Source: an uncultured Actinomycetota bacterium
Lineage (GTDB): Bacteria; Actinomycetota; Actinomycetes; Mycobacteriales; Jatrophihabitantaceae
NCBI GenBank assembly: GCA_963850835.1
Contig: CAWKNB010000021.1
Coordinates: 8,525 to 72,524 of the forward strand
Direction of reading: 5' to 3'
DNA length: 64,000 nt
Part shown: piece after piece, positions 11,062-21,292 of the stretch
Layout: each line of letters starts with the position of its first letter
How positions within the stretch are numbered: the first letter of the stretch is position 1
Notes under the pieces: generated by a model
The model's database searches: none
What the model was told of the DNA's origin: nothing
What the model saw: only the letters and a program-made list of their open reading frames with translations
Made by a program: the position numbers and the translations under genes

Positions 11062-11474
11062 GCGCCGCACAAGCACCCACGACCGCCGGCACCGCCGTGG
11101 CCGACCTCATCCGGTTCCTGGAGACCGGCATCGTGGCGGACCGGCTGTTCGCGCCGGACCTGTTCGCCGACCTGTCCCTGCCCCACTGGCGGATCCAGAC
11201 GGAAACCGCAGCCGACATCCTCGCCGAGCGCGTGGCAGGCCACCCGTTCCCGGGGCAGGTCCGGGTCGAGCGGGTCGAGCACACCGGCCACGGGTTCACG
11301 ATCGAGTTCGAGGAGCGCTGGGAGCACGAGGGCCAGCACTGGTACTGCCGGGAGATGATCCGCGCCGACGTCGAGGGCGACACCATCGTGGACATGTCGA
11401 TCTACTGCACCGGCGACTGGGACGAGGCGAAGCAACGCGAGCATGCGGCCTCGGTCCGATTGATCCGCCCGTGA
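11058..11474 (+). CDS. NTF2/SnoaL-like fold protein
   Basis: LFAPDLFADLSLPHW...IEFEERW...YCTGDWD. ATGA overlap with the cupin gene. Confidence 0.65.
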   Translation: MSAAQAPTTAGTAVADLIRFLETGIVADRLFAPDLFADLSLPHWRIQTETAADILAERVAGHPFPGQVRVERVEHTGHGFTIEFEERWEHEGQHWYCREMIRADVEGDTIVDMSIYCTGDWDEAKQREHAASVRLIRP

Positions 11475-11503
11475 TCTACGGCGTCGTCCTACGATGAGGC
11501 GCG

Positions 11504-13303
11504 ATGAGCGCATCGTCGACCAGCGTCGATCTGCTCGACCGGGCCGATGCAGCCCGTGCAGCCGGCCGAGCGGACGAGGCTGCGCGCCTCTACGACGAGG
11601 CGATCAGCGAATGTCGCGACCTCGACGACCTCGCCGGCTGGATCCGGGCCGCACTCGGAGCGGCGTCGCTGTACCTGTTCGGCACCGATCCCGGCAAGCT
11701 GCCCGCGCAGCTGTACGACGTGCTGGCCCGGACCACCGACGACGCCGACCGGGCCCGGTTGGCCGCGGCGTTGGCCCGTTGCTGGGCCTACGCCGGTCAG
11801 CCGGCCCGGGCGGTGCGGTTCGCCGACGAAGCTGTCGCGCACGCGCAGCGGCGAGCCGAGCCGCAGTTGCTCGCCGATTGCCTCGATGCGGCGCTCGCGA
11901 CGCACTGGGGGCCGGACGAACTTCAAACCCGGATCACCCTGGTGGCCCGGCTGGACGAGGTCGCGGCACACGTACTGGACCCGGTGGCGCGCACCCAGGC
12001 GCACCTCTGGGGCTTGCAGATCGCCTGCGAGGTGCTCGACATCCCGGCCATGCACCAGCACATGCGGGCGCTCGAGCGACTGGGCGAGGAATCACCTCGG
12101 GCCGAGTTCTTCGCGGCGTCGCGGCGGCTCATGCTCGATCTGATGCGCGGGCGCACCGACACCGCGGATCGGCTGATCGAGGTGGCTGCGCAGGCCGGAC
12201 GGCGGTCGGGGCTGGCCGATGCCTGGATGGTGATCGCAGCGCTGACCGGATACACGGCGGTCCAGTCCGGTGACACCGTCCTGTGCGCCCGGCTGGCGGC
12301 GCAGTGCGAGGAGTTCGCGCTCGCCGAGGGCGCCACGACGGTGTGCGCCGAAGCAGCGTTCCTGTGGGCCGGCGCCGGCGATCTCGACCGGGCCCGGCGG
12401 CTGGTGCGCACCTTCGCCGGTTCCGTGTTGGACGAGTTGCCGCGCGACGTCAACTGGCTGCTCGTCCAGCAATGCGTGCTCGAGGCGGCGTTGGCGAGCG
12501 GCGAGCGTCCGGTCATCGAGACCGGGGCGCGGCTCCTCGGGCCGTACGCCGGGCGCGCGGTCGTCAACGCGGGGGCGGTGATGTTCCACGGAGTCACGGA
12601 CGACACCCTTGCCCGTGCTGCCGAGGTGCTCGGTGACGCCGCGGCAGCGCAGGCGTTTCGCGCCAGAGCGTTGGCGACCTACGAGCGCATCGGCGCGAGT
12701 TGGTGGCGTGAGCGACTTCGGAACTGGAAATCTCCGCTCGTGCCCGTGGCTGCGCCGCGTGTGCGCCTGCACGAGACCGCCGACGGTCTCTGGCTCATCG
12801 GTGCGGTCGACTCGGCCGTCCCCATGCGGGCGCTGCGCGGCTACGGCTACCTGCACACGCTCGTCGAACACGTGGGGCGACCCGTGCCGGCGCTCGACCT
12901 CATCGCCGGCGATGGGCACGTCACCCAATCGGATCTGGGCGAGGTGATCGACAAGCAGGCGGTCACCGCGTACCGGCAGCGCTTGCGCGATATCGACGAC
13001 GACCTCGCGCAGGCCGATGAGTGGTGCGACAGCGCACGCTCGGCGCGGCTGAGCGCCGAACGCGATGCGCTGATCCGAGAACTCGCCGCAGCGACCGGTC
13101 TCGGCGGCCGGGCCCGCACCACCGGTTCCAGCCAGGAGCGGGCCCGGATCGCCGTGACCAAAGCGATCACGGCTGCGATCACTCGGATCACCGCGGTGGA
13201 CGCGGCACTCGGCCAACACCTGCGCGGTGCCGTGCACACCGGTGCGCGATGCAGTTACGAGCCGCCTGCGGGCGACGGGCCGGAATGGATCCTCGCGCAG
13301 TGA
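11504..13303 (+). CDS. Putative transcriptional regulator (TPR-like helical region plus C-terminal DNA-binding-like domain)
   Basis: 599 aa, Ala/Arg-rich helical repeats. The C-terminus ERARIAVTKAITAAITRI...HLRGAVHTGARCSYEP resembles the tail of actinobacterial ATP-binding regulators. No Walker A seen. Confidence 0.6.
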   Translation: MSASSTSVDLLDRADAARAAGRADEAARLYDEAISECRDLDDLAGWIRAALGAASLYLFGTDPGKLPAQLYDVLARTTDDADRARLAAALARCWAYAGQPARAVRFADEAVAHAQRRAEPQLLADCLDAALATHWGPDELQTRITLVARLDEVAAHVLDPVARTQAHLWGLQIACEVLDIPAMHQHMRALERLGEESPRAEFFAASRRLMLDLMRGRTDTADRLIEVAAQAGRRSGLADAWMVIAALTGYTAVQSGDTVLCARLAAQCEEFALAEGATTVCAEAAFLWAGAGDLDRARRLVRTFAGSVLDELPRDVNWLLVQQCVLEAALASGERPVIETGARLLGPYAGRAVVNAGAVMFHGVTDDTLARAAEVLGDAAAAQAFRARALATYERIGASWWRERLRNWKSPLVPVAAPRVRLHETADGLWLIGAVDSAVPMRALRGYGYLHTLVEHVGRPVPALDLIAGDGHVTQSDLGEVIDKQAVTAYRQRLRDIDDDLAQADEWCDSARSARLSAERDALIRELAAATGLGGRARTTGSSQERARIAVTKAITAAITRITAVDAALGQHLRGAVHTGARCSYEPPAGDGPEWILAQ

Positions 13304-13323
13304 CACCTGCTCGGCGGCCGATC

Positions 13324-13878
13324 TCAGCGCCGCCGACGGTATCGGGTGAGCACGGTGCCGCTCTCGAACGCTGTGCACTCGGCGAGTCCCAGCGACAGCG
13401 CCGGCGTCTCCCGGAACAACCGCTCCCCCCGTCCGCGGGCGTACGCGAAGGTGAACAGGCGGAACTCGTCGACCAGGTCAGCCGCGATCAGCGCCCGGCA
13501 CAGCGTGATGCTGCCGGTACACACGATGTCGGCGCCCGGTCGTTGCTTGATCTCGGCGACGGCGTCCGGCAGTGGACCGCGCAAGACCTCGGTGTTGTCC
13601 CACCGCGGCTCGGTGAGCGTCGAGGAGACCACGTACTTCGCGACCCGGTTGAGGTGCGCCGTCACGCCGGTGGTGTCGTCGGTCTTCGGCGCCCAGTAGT
13701 CACGCATCGCCTCGAAGGTGAGGCGGCCGGTGAGGAAGCCGTCGGACGCATCGCGTTGCGCGGCCAGGGCCGCCACCTGATCGGCGCTGACGTTCTCCCC
13801 GGTGAGCGCGAACCAATCGTCGGTCGCCTCGATCACGCCGTCGACCGTGCAGTTCTGGGTGATGATGAGATCTCTCAC
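13324..13878 (-). CDS. Dihydrofolate reductase/RibD C-terminal-domain family protein
   Basis: ITQNCTVDGVIEA, LTGRLTFE, KYVVSSTL, GSITLCRAL and VDEFRL. Confidence 0.88.
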   Translation of the reverse strand: MRDLIITQNCTVDGVIEATDDWFALTGENVSADQVAALAAQRDASDGFLTGRLTFEAMRDYWAPKTDDTTGVTAHLNRVAKYVVSSTLTEPRWDNTEVLRGPLPDAVAEIKQRPGADIVCTGSITLCRALIAADLVDEFRLFTFAYARGRGERLFRETPALSLGLAECTAFESGTVLTRYRRRR

Positions 13879-13996
13879 GACATCACTATGGCTCGTTGCC
13901 TTCAGTTTATACCCGATTCGCAAACCTCATGAGGCGCCGATCTGTGGCGCAGAATCGCCGCGGACGTGCGACCAGAACGAATGAGGAGCTGCGGAA

Positions 13997-16543
13997 TTGG
14001 GCTACATATCGACTCTTCAGGAGACCGACCGGAACCAGGTCTCGGTGGTGGGCGGCAAGGGCGCGCAGCTGGGCGAGCTTTCGCACATCGACGGTGTCCG
14101 GGTGCCGGACGGCTTCTGTGTGACGACCGATGCCTGGCGCCAGATCATGGCCCGAACGCCGTCGATCGACGTCATGCTCGATCGGCTCGCACGCCGAGAT
14201 CCCGACGACCGCGATGCGATCCGCGTCTCGAGCGCGCAGATCCGCGATGCGATCGAGACAATCGCGATCCCGAACGATGTGGCGGCGGCGATACGCACAC
14301 AGCTGGCACGGCTCGGTGAACAGGCTGCCTACGCCGTGCGATCCAGCGCGACCGCGGAGGACCTGCCGGGCGCATCGTTCGCCGGTCAGCAGGACTCCTA
14401 CCTGAACGTCGTGGGTCCGGCGGAGATCCTCCGACACGTCAGCCGGTGCTGGGCCTCGCTGTTCACCGAGCGGGCCGTGACGTATCGCATGCGCAACGGG
14501 TTCGACCACCGCCGCGTCCAGATGGCCGTGATCGTGCAGCAGATGGTGTCCGCGCACGCGGCCGGCGTCATGTTCACGGCCGACCCGGTGACCTCCAACC
14601 GCAGGGTCGTCTCCATCGAGGCGATTCTCGGTCTCGGTGAGGCCCTCGTCTCGGGTTCGGCGAACCCCGACACCTACCAGGTGCGTGACGGCAAGCTCGT
14701 CATCAAGCCGATCACGACTGCGGGCCCGGTGCCGGCGCTGACGGACGAGCAGGTCGTGCGGCTCGCGCAGCTGGGCCGGCTGATCGAGTCCCACTTCGGG
14801 TGTCCGCAGGACATCGAATGGTGCCGCGTCGACGACGACTTCTCCTTCGTCCAGAGCCGGCCGATCACCACGCTGTTCCCGGTTCCTGCAACGAAAGACG
14901 ACCAGAACCATGTGTACGTGTCCGTCGGGCACCAGCAGATGATGACCGACCCGATGAAGCCGCTCGGCCTGTCCGTGTGGCAGCTGACCACACCACGGCC
15001 GATGGCCGAGGCCGGCGGACGCTTGTTCGTCGACGTCGGCCCGGCGCTGGCTTCGCCGGGGAGTCGTGCGAGTGTCCTCGACGCGTTGGGCAAGTCCGAT
15101 CCGTTGATCACCGACGCGTTGCAGTCGGTACTCGACCGCGGCGATTTCATCATCGAGGTGCCGGAGCCCGATGCCGACGGGAAGCACGACGGTGAGGCGC
15201 CCGCACCGATCGCGACCGATCCGGCCGTGGTCACCGAACTGATCGAGGACAGCCGGTCGTCCCTCGCCGCCCTGGAACAAGACATCCGAACCGTCTCCGG
15301 GCCGGCGCTGTTCGACTTCATCCTGACCAACATCCGCGGCGAGCTGAAACGGCACCTGTTCAGTCCGCTCAGCATGCAAGTGATCATGGCCGGGATGGAG
15401 GCACGGTGGTGGCTCAACGACCGGCTCCAGGAGTGGCTCGGCGAGAAGAGCGTGGCCGACACCCTCACCCAATCGGTCCCGCACAACATCACGTCCGAGA
15501 TGGGTCTCGCGCTGCTCGACCTCGCCGACGTCATCCGTCCGTATCCGGAGGTGGTGGCGTTCCTGCAGGACGTGGAGAACGAAGACCGCGACGACGGCGG
15601 CTTCCTCACCGAACTGTCGACACTCGCGGGCGGCCGCGAGTCCCGAGATGCCATCTGTGGGTACCTCGACACGTACGGCATGCGCTGCGCCGGCGAGATC
15701 GACATCACCCGCCCGCGCTGGAGCGAGCAGCCCGCCACGCTCGTGCCCATCATCCTGAGCAACATCAAGAACTTCGAGCCGGGCGCTGCGAAGCGGCGGC
15801 TCGAGCAAGGGCGACGCGAGGCCGAGCAGAAGGAACACGAATTGGTGGCCCGCTTGCAGGTGCTGCCGGACGGCGCGCAGAAGGGGGATGAGGTCAAGCA
15901 GATGATCGACCGCGTCCGGACCTTCGCCGGGTTTCGCGAATACCCGAAGTACGGCATGGTCTGCCGCTACTTCGTCTACAAGCAAGCACTGCTGCGCGAA
16001 GCCGAACGCCTCGTCGACGCGCACACGCTGCACGACAAGGAAGACATCTTCTACCTGCGCTTCGAAGAGCTCCACGACGTCGCACGCACGAATCGGGTGG
16101 ACCAGCACCTCATCGATCAGCGCAAGCGGGCGTTCGAGTCGTATGCCGCGCTCGCGCCACCGCGGGTGCTCACCTCCGACGGCGAAGCCATCACCGGCGA
16201 GTACCGGCGCACCGATCTTCCGGCCGGCGCACTGGCCGGCCTCGCGGTGTCGACCGGGACGATCGAAGGGCGCGCCCGCGTGATCACCGACATGGCGCAG
16301 GCCGACGTCGAGGCGGGCGACATCCTGGTCACGCCCTACACCGACCCCAGCTGGACGCCGTTGTTCGTCACCGTCGCCGGTCTGGTGACCGAGGTCGGCG
16401 GCTTGATGACGCACGGTGCCGTGATCGCTCGCGAATACGGCCTGCCGGCCGTCGTCGGGGTCGAGAACGCCACCCGGCTGATCCTGGACGGACAGCGAAT
16501 CCGGGTGCACGGTACGGACGGCTACGTCGAGATCCTCGGCTGA
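13997..16543 (+). CDS. rph: Rifamycin-inactivating phosphotransferase (PEP-synthase-like)
   Basis: ATP-grasp VGGKGAQL, VRSSATAEDLPGASFAGQQ. Rifamycin-binding GHQQMMTDP and REYPKY. His-swivel GGLMTHGAVIAREYGLPAVVG. SD GAGGAG upstream of TTG. Confidence 0.9.
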   Translation: MGYISTLQETDRNQVSVVGGKGAQLGELSHIDGVRVPDGFCVTTDAWRQIMARTPSIDVMLDRLARRDPDDRDAIRVSSAQIRDAIETIAIPNDVAAAIRTQLARLGEQAAYAVRSSATAEDLPGASFAGQQDSYLNVVGPAEILRHVSRCWASLFTERAVTYRMRNGFDHRRVQMAVIVQQMVSAHAAGVMFTADPVTSNRRVVSIEAILGLGEALVSGSANPDTYQVRDGKLVIKPITTAGPVPALTDEQVVRLAQLGRLIESHFGCPQDIEWCRVDDDFSFVQSRPITTLFPVPATKDDQNHVYVSVGHQQMMTDPMKPLGLSVWQLTTPRPMAEAGGRLFVDVGPALASPGSRASVLDALGKSDPLITDALQSVLDRGDFIIEVPEPDADGKHDGEAPAPIATDPAVVTELIEDSRSSLAALEQDIRTVSGPALFDFILTNIRGELKRHLFSPLSMQVIMAGMEARWWLNDRLQEWLGEKSVADTLTQSVPHNITSEMGLALLDLADVIRPYPEVVAFLQDVENEDRDDGGFLTELSTLAGGRESRDAICGYLDTYGMRCAGEIDITRPRWSEQPATLVPIILSNIKNFEPGAAKRRLEQGRREAEQKEHELVARLQVLPDGAQKGDEVKQMIDRVRTFAGFREYPKYGMVCRYFVYKQALLREAERLVDAHTLHDKEDIFYLRFEELHDVARTNRVDQHLIDQRKRAFESYAALAPPRVLTSDGEAITGEYRRTDLPAGALAGLAVSTGTIEGRARVITDMAQADVEAGDILVTPYTDPSWTPLFVTVAGLVTEVGGLMTHGAVIAREYGLPAVVGVENATRLILDGQRIRVHGTDGYVEILG

Positions 16544-16562
16544 CGGCCGAGTCCACCGATCG

Positions 16563-17465
16563 TCACTCGACCGACAGTACGAGCTTCCCGCGCAGGTGGC
16601 CGTGCTCGCCGACCCGGTGCGCCTCGGCGATGTCGGCCAGCCGGAAGGTCTGCGCCACCGCGACCGACAAGCGCCCGGACTCGATCAGGTCCCCGATCTC
16701 GTCGAGCACGTGCATTGCGCGGCCGGCGTCGCCGCGGCTGAACCTGACCCCGAATTCCTGGGCGCCGCTGAAGTCGGCGACGGTGATGACGCGCTCGGCC
16801 CCGCCGGTGAGTTCGATGAGCTCGGGCAGCACCCCGCTCCCTGCGACGTCGAGCGCGAGGTCGACACCGCCGGGCGCCAGCGTGCGGACCCGCTCCACCA
16901 GGCCGTCGCCGTACGCGACGGGCACGGCGCCCAACGCGCGCAGGTACTCGTGGTTGACCGGGCCGGCGGTGCCGATCACGCTCGCGCCACGCGCCACCGC
17001 CAGCTGCACCGCCGCGCTCCCCACACTCCCGGAGGCACCGTTGACGAGCACCGTGGCGCCGCTGCCGACGCCGAGCTGATCCAGCGCGCGCGTCGCCGTC
17101 TCGACAGCAGCCGGCAACGCAGCAGCTTCGGCGAAATCGAGCGACGGCGGGATCGGCGCGTAGTAGGCCAGCACCGCCAGCTCGGCCTGCGCGGCCTCGT
17201 CGGCGGTGAAGCCGAACACCCGATCGCCGACGGCCACGTCCGTGACACCCTCGCCGAGCTCGTCGACCACGCCCGCAGCCTCATGACCCATCGTCTGCGG
17301 CAGTGCTTCGTCCATCAATCCTTCGCGCTTCTTCCAGTCGCTGGGATTGATGCCCGCCGCGCGTACCGCGATCCGGACCTCACCCGGACCCGGATGCGGA
17401 TCGGGCAGGTCCACGATCTCGAGCACCTCCGGGCCGCCGAACCGGCTGAACCGGGCTGCTTTCAT
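16563..17465 (-). CDS. NADP-dependent (MDR/quinone) oxidoreductase
   Basis: MKAARFSRFGGPEVL, AGINPSDWK, LVNGASGSVGSAAVQLA and HLRGKLVL. Confidence 0.9.
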   Translation of the reverse strand: MKAARFSRFGGPEVLEIVDLPDPHPGPGEVRIAVRAAGINPSDWKKREGLMDEALPQTMGHEAAGVVDELGEGVTDVAVGDRVFGFTADEAAQAELAVLAYYAPIPPSLDFAEAAALPAAVETATRALDQLGVGSGATVLVNGASGSVGSAAVQLAVARGASVIGTAGPVNHEYLRALGAVPVAYGDGLVERVRTLAPGGVDLALDVAGSGVLPELIELTGGAERVITVADFSGAQEFGVRFSRGDAGRAMHVLDEIGDLIESGRLSVAVAQTFRLADIAEAHRVGEHGHLRGKLVLSVE

Positions 17466-17566
17466 CGTCTGCTCCGATCTGGCATCGGCGGGTAATCGGT
17501 ATGCGTGCGATCTACGCTGCGAAACATGTATCACTGGCCGCGATTGCTCGACACACGGGGTCACGA

Positions 17567-18769
17567 GTGACCACTGGCGGGTTCTCGTCGAAACGGTTGT
17601 CCCGGGTGCGTGACGTGCTCGCTCGTCACATCGACGCCGGCGACGGTCCCGGCGCGGTCGCCGTCGTCGCCCGCCGCGGCGAGGTCCACATCGATGCACT
17701 CGGCAAGCTCGCCTTCGATGGCGCCGGCTCGACGACGCCGATGGCGCCCGACTCCATCTGCCGCATCGCCTCGATGACGAAGCCCATCGTCGCCGCGTGC
17801 GCGATGACCCTCGTCGAGGATTGCACGCTGCGCCTCGACGATCCGGTCGACGAGCTCCTTCCGGAACTGGCCGACATGAGGGTGCTCGCCGATCCGAACG
17901 GCCCGCTGGACAACACGGTCGCGACACGACGCCCGATCACGCTGCGGGATCTGCTCACCTTCACTCTCGGCACCGGGATGGCCGTCGGCATCGACATCGG
18001 CGCCGCACCGGGCGACGAGCCGGCAACCACCCCGATCGCCGAACTGGTGAACGCGCTCGAGCCGCCCCCGCCGCCGGACGAGTACATCCGCCGGATCGGC
18101 GATCTTCCGCTGTTCTTCCAACCGGGCGAGCGATGGATGTACGAGCTCGCCGCGGACGTGACCGTGGTGCTCGTCGCCCGGGCCACCGGGATGTCCTTCG
18201 GGGACGCCCTGCAGGAGCGCATTTGCCGGCCGCTCGGGATGAACGACACCGCCTTCAGCGTGGCCGGCGAGAGCCTCGACCGGTTGGCGACCGCATACCG
18301 GCGTGACAGCGACACCGGCAAGGCCGTCGTCGAAGACGGCCGCGACGGCTACTGGAGCCGGCCGCCGGACTTCGAGTCCGGCGGCGGCGGGCTCGTGTCG
18401 ACCGCCAACGACTACTTCGCCTTCGCCTCGGCACTGCGCGCGGGCGGCACACACGACGGCGAGCGGATCCTGTCGCCGGCGGCGGTGACGCTGATGACCA
18501 CCGACCACCTCAGTCCGGCGCAGAAAGCGGTCTCCGGATTCTGGCCGGGGTACTTCGACGACTTCGGTTGGGGATTCGGGATGTCGGTCCGCACCCGCCG
18601 CACGGACCTCGGACCCTGCGTCGGCAGCTACGGATGGAACGGATTCGGTTGCGCTTGGTACAACGACCCCGCCGAGGACATGACGACGATCCTGATGGCC
18701 CAGCAGTTCAACGCGCCACAGTGGCGCCTCGACTTCCTGACGGCTGCCTACCAGGCCGTCGAGGATTGA
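17567..18769 (+). CDS. Serine hydrolase, beta-lactamase (class C-like) family
   Basis: SxxK in RIASMTKP, plus LLTFTLG, FQPGERWMY and SGGGGLVST. Confidence 0.88.
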   Translation: MTTGGFSSKRLSRVRDVLARHIDAGDGPGAVAVVARRGEVHIDALGKLAFDGAGSTTPMAPDSICRIASMTKPIVAACAMTLVEDCTLRLDDPVDELLPELADMRVLADPNGPLDNTVATRRPITLRDLLTFTLGTGMAVGIDIGAAPGDEPATTPIAELVNALEPPPPPDEYIRRIGDLPLFFQPGERWMYELAADVTVVLVARATGMSFGDALQERICRPLGMNDTAFSVAGESLDRLATAYRRDSDTGKAVVEDGRDGYWSRPPDFESGGGGLVSTANDYFAFASALRAGGTHDGERILSPAAVTLMTTDHLSPAQKAVSGFWPGYFDDFGWGFGMSVRTRRTDLGPCVGSYGWNGFGCAWYNDPAEDMTTILMAQQFNAPQWRLDFLTAAYQAVED

Positions 18770-19456
18770 TCACCGGCGGTCGACCAGCATGCTGATGGCG
18801 ATGTACTGACAGATCCACGCGGCGATCGTGCACGCGTGGAACACCTCGTGGAAGCCGAACCACGACGGCGCCGGGTCAGGGCGCTTGATCGCGTACACCA
18901 CCGCGCCCGCCGTGTAGAGCACACCGCCGGCAAGCGTCAGCACGAACACCGCGACCCCGGCCGAGTGCAGGAGGTCGCCGAGGACCGGCGTGATCGACCA
19001 ACCGAGCGCGACGTAGAGCACTGTGTACAGCGCCCGTGGCGCGGTGGGCCACAGGTAGCGAAACCCGACGCCGAGCGCCGCGCCGGCCCAGATCAGCCAC
19101 AGCATCACGGTCCTGGTGGTGCCGCTGAGGGCGAGCGTCACGACCGGTGTGTAGGTGCCGGCGATGAGCAGGTAGACGTTGCCGTGGTCGGCCCGGCGCA
19201 GCCACGCATACGCGCGGGCACCCCAGGTGCCGCGGTGGTAGACCCCGCTGGTGGCGAACAGCGCGAGACCGCAGATCGTGTACACGACCACGGCAAGGCG
19301 CGGCGCACCGGCCGGCGCCATCACGATGAGCACGAGGCCGGCCACGAGCACGAGCGGTGCCATCACCGCGTGCAGCCAACCACGCATCCGGGGCTTCACC
19401 GGATCGGCATGCGTCGCGACAGGTCGCTCGATCATCGGATCGTCGTGACCGTCCAT
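18770..19456 (-). CDS. Hemolysin III/PAQR family membrane protein
   Basis: KPRMRGWLH, SGVYH, RRADHGNVYLLIAGTYTP and FGFHEVFH. Confidence 0.92.
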   Translation of the reverse strand: MDGHDDPMIERPVATHADPVKPRMRGWLHAVMAPLVLVAGLVLIVMAPAGAPRLAVVVYTICGLALFATSGVYHRGTWGARAYAWLRRADHGNVYLLIAGTYTPVVTLALSGTTRTVMLWLIWAGAALGVGFRYLWPTAPRALYTVLYVALGWSITPVLGDLLHSAGVAVFVLTLAGGVLYTAGAVVYAIKRPDPAPSWFGFHEVFHACTIAAWICQYIAISMLVDRR

Positions 19457-19485
19457 GACACCGAGCCTGTCACGAGACTCGCCGC

Positions 19486-19911
19486 TCAGGTCGGGAGGAT
19501 GCCGCGCAGGTCCCATGCTCGGGCACCGTCGAGACCCAGGCGCAGGATCGCACCCGGGCCGCGGTTGGCGGTGAAGCGGTCGCCGTCGTCGGTGCCGAGG
19601 TAGAGCCGGGCGATCGCACGTCGGGCTTCGGTGACGCCGTCGCGGTCGAGCACCGGGCTGCCCTCGATGCGCACCGCGCGGAACGGGGCCGTCGCCTCGA
19701 AGACCAGCAGCGCGCACAGCGGACGGCGTTGCAGGTGCTGCAGTTTGACGTCGCCGTCGGCGATGACGACCTCGAGCGCGTCGCCGAAACGCCGGAACCA
19801 CACCGGTGAGCCGACCGCACTGCCGTCCTTCCGGTAGGTGGTCAGCACGGCGGGTGACGGGTTGTCGAGCAAGGTGTCGAACTGCTCATCTGTCGCGTTC
19901 ATCGGTGTCAT
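19486..19911 (-). CDS. PPOX-class (split-barrel, probable F420-binding) protein
   Basis: AVLTTYRKDGSAVGSPVWF and KLQHLQRRPLCALLV. Confidence 0.8.
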   Translation of the reverse strand: MTPMNATDEQFDTLLDNPSPAVLTTYRKDGSAVGSPVWFRRFGDALEVVIADGDVKLQHLQRRPLCALLVFEATAPFRAVRIEGSPVLDRDGVTEARRAIARLYLGTDDGDRFTANRGPGAILRLGLDGARAWDLRGILPT

Positions 19912-19971
19912 CTCTTGCTGCCGGCAGGTCGGGACGTGGACCGATCGACGTGCGAAGGCGCAGTCGTTCGG

Positions 19972-20550
19972 TCAGCTTGGTGAGCGAGTGGAGGAAAAGG
20001 AGTACTCGCTGCCGCTGGAACTCACGAGGTCGACGAACAGCTGCCCGTAGGCGGCACTGAAGTGGCCACCGTCGGGCGCATAGAAGGTCATCGGCCCGAA
20101 GTTCCACGTGCAGCTCTTCGCGTCGGTGCACGTGACGTTGTGGGTGAGCACTTCCTGCTGCCCGCTCGCCGAGCAACTGAACCCGGACGGGAACCCGACC
20201 GAGCAACCCGACAGCCCCGCTCCGGTCAGGATGAATTCGAAGTGCATCTTGATCTTGTGCGCCGTTCTTCCGTACCCGGAGTAGCAGTCCATCAGGTCGT
20301 GGACCTTCGCTACGCCGCCGGAATACACGGAAAGCTTGTCGCTGTACAGATAGCCGGTCCACGACCAGTTGTATTGCGCGTCGCCGCCCAGTTTCGACGC
20401 CCAGCTGGTGCCCCACGCCCTCGAGCACGCAGACGTGCCCGACTTGGCAGCGATCCAGGACCCGCCACTGGCATTCGCTGGGGTGACGCCGAGCGCGATC
20501 GTGAGCAACGCTGCCGCCAACACGACGACTGTCCGACGGATGCGATGCAC
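19972..20550 (-). CDS. Hypothetical secreted protein, 6 Cys
   Basis: Signal peptide MHRIRRTVVVLAAALLTIALGVTPANA. Ser/Gly/Thr/aromatic-rich mature part with coding-like codon usage. Confidence 0.7.
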   Translation of the reverse strand: MHRIRRTVVVLAAALLTIALGVTPANASGGSWIAAKSGTSACSRAWGTSWASKLGGDAQYNWSWTGYLYSDKLSVYSGGVAKVHDLMDCYSGYGRTAHKIKMHFEFILTGAGLSGCSVGFPSGFSCSASGQQEVLTHNVTCTDAKSCTWNFGPMTFYAPDGGHFSAAYGQLFVDLVSSSGSEYSFSSTRSPS

Positions 20551-20692
20551 GTGTCCCCCCGGTGGTCGTGAGCGTATGGATTACAGCACAGGCCACGGTG
20601 AGATAGCGAGCACTTCGTGAAGTCGATGCTGTCGACCTGGTTCGCGTGCTACGACTGGGACAGGAACAACAGGATCGGGACGGAGACCGTCG

Positions 20693-21187
20693 ATGGACCG
20701 CGAAGAGATCAACGAGGAATTGGGAGTGCCCGAAGCGCAAGAAATGCTCGCATCGACATCGGCAGCCCACTTGGCCTACGTTGCCGCGGACGGCACGCCG
20801 CGAGTCATTCCGGTCGGATACTTCTGGACCGGCGCGGAATTCGTCGTCGCTACGGCGCCGGCCTCGCCGAAAGTCAAAGCACTCTCGACTCGTCCGGACG
20901 TCTCATTGGCCATCGACTCGGGCGGTACACCTGGCTCGGCGCGAGCCCTGTCGATTCGCGGACGAGCGCGTGTCGAGATCGTCGACGGTGTCGTGCCGGA
21001 GTACCTCGCCGCCGCCCGGAAGAGCATGGACGCCGAGGCCGCGGCAGAGTTCGAGCGCAACGTTCGCGCGATGTACGACCAGCAGGCCCGAATCGCAATT
21101 ACCCCGGAATGGGTGCGGTTCTACGACTTCGGTGCCGGCCGCATGCCGAAGTTCCTCAAGGACCTGGCCGAGCGTGACCGCGGATAG
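20693..21187 (+). CDS. Pyridoxamine 5'-phosphate oxidase-family (split-barrel) protein
   Basis: AHLAYVAADGTPRVIPVGYFW and KVKALSTRPDVSLAID. Confidence 0.85.
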   Translation: MDREEINEELGVPEAQEMLASTSAAHLAYVAADGTPRVIPVGYFWTGAEFVVATAPASPKVKALSTRPDVSLAIDSGGTPGSARALSIRGRARVEIVDGVVPEYLAAARKSMDAEAAAEFERNVRAMYDQQARIAITPEWVRFYDFGAGRMPKFLKDLAERDRG

Positions 21188-21292
21188 TGAGCCCGTCGAG
21201 GGCCAGCTCGAACAGGCACAGTCCGTCGATGAGCGCGGACGTGTCAGGGGACGTGGCCTGGACAACCATCGGATCGACGCTGACGTTCTGAA

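Noticed and set aside
13907-16510. 867-aa minus-strand ORF; likewise 4005-6470, 33449-35119, 36802-38574 and 52808-54526
   Set aside because: Antisense shadows of clear genes, typical of high-GC DNA, with no family motifs.
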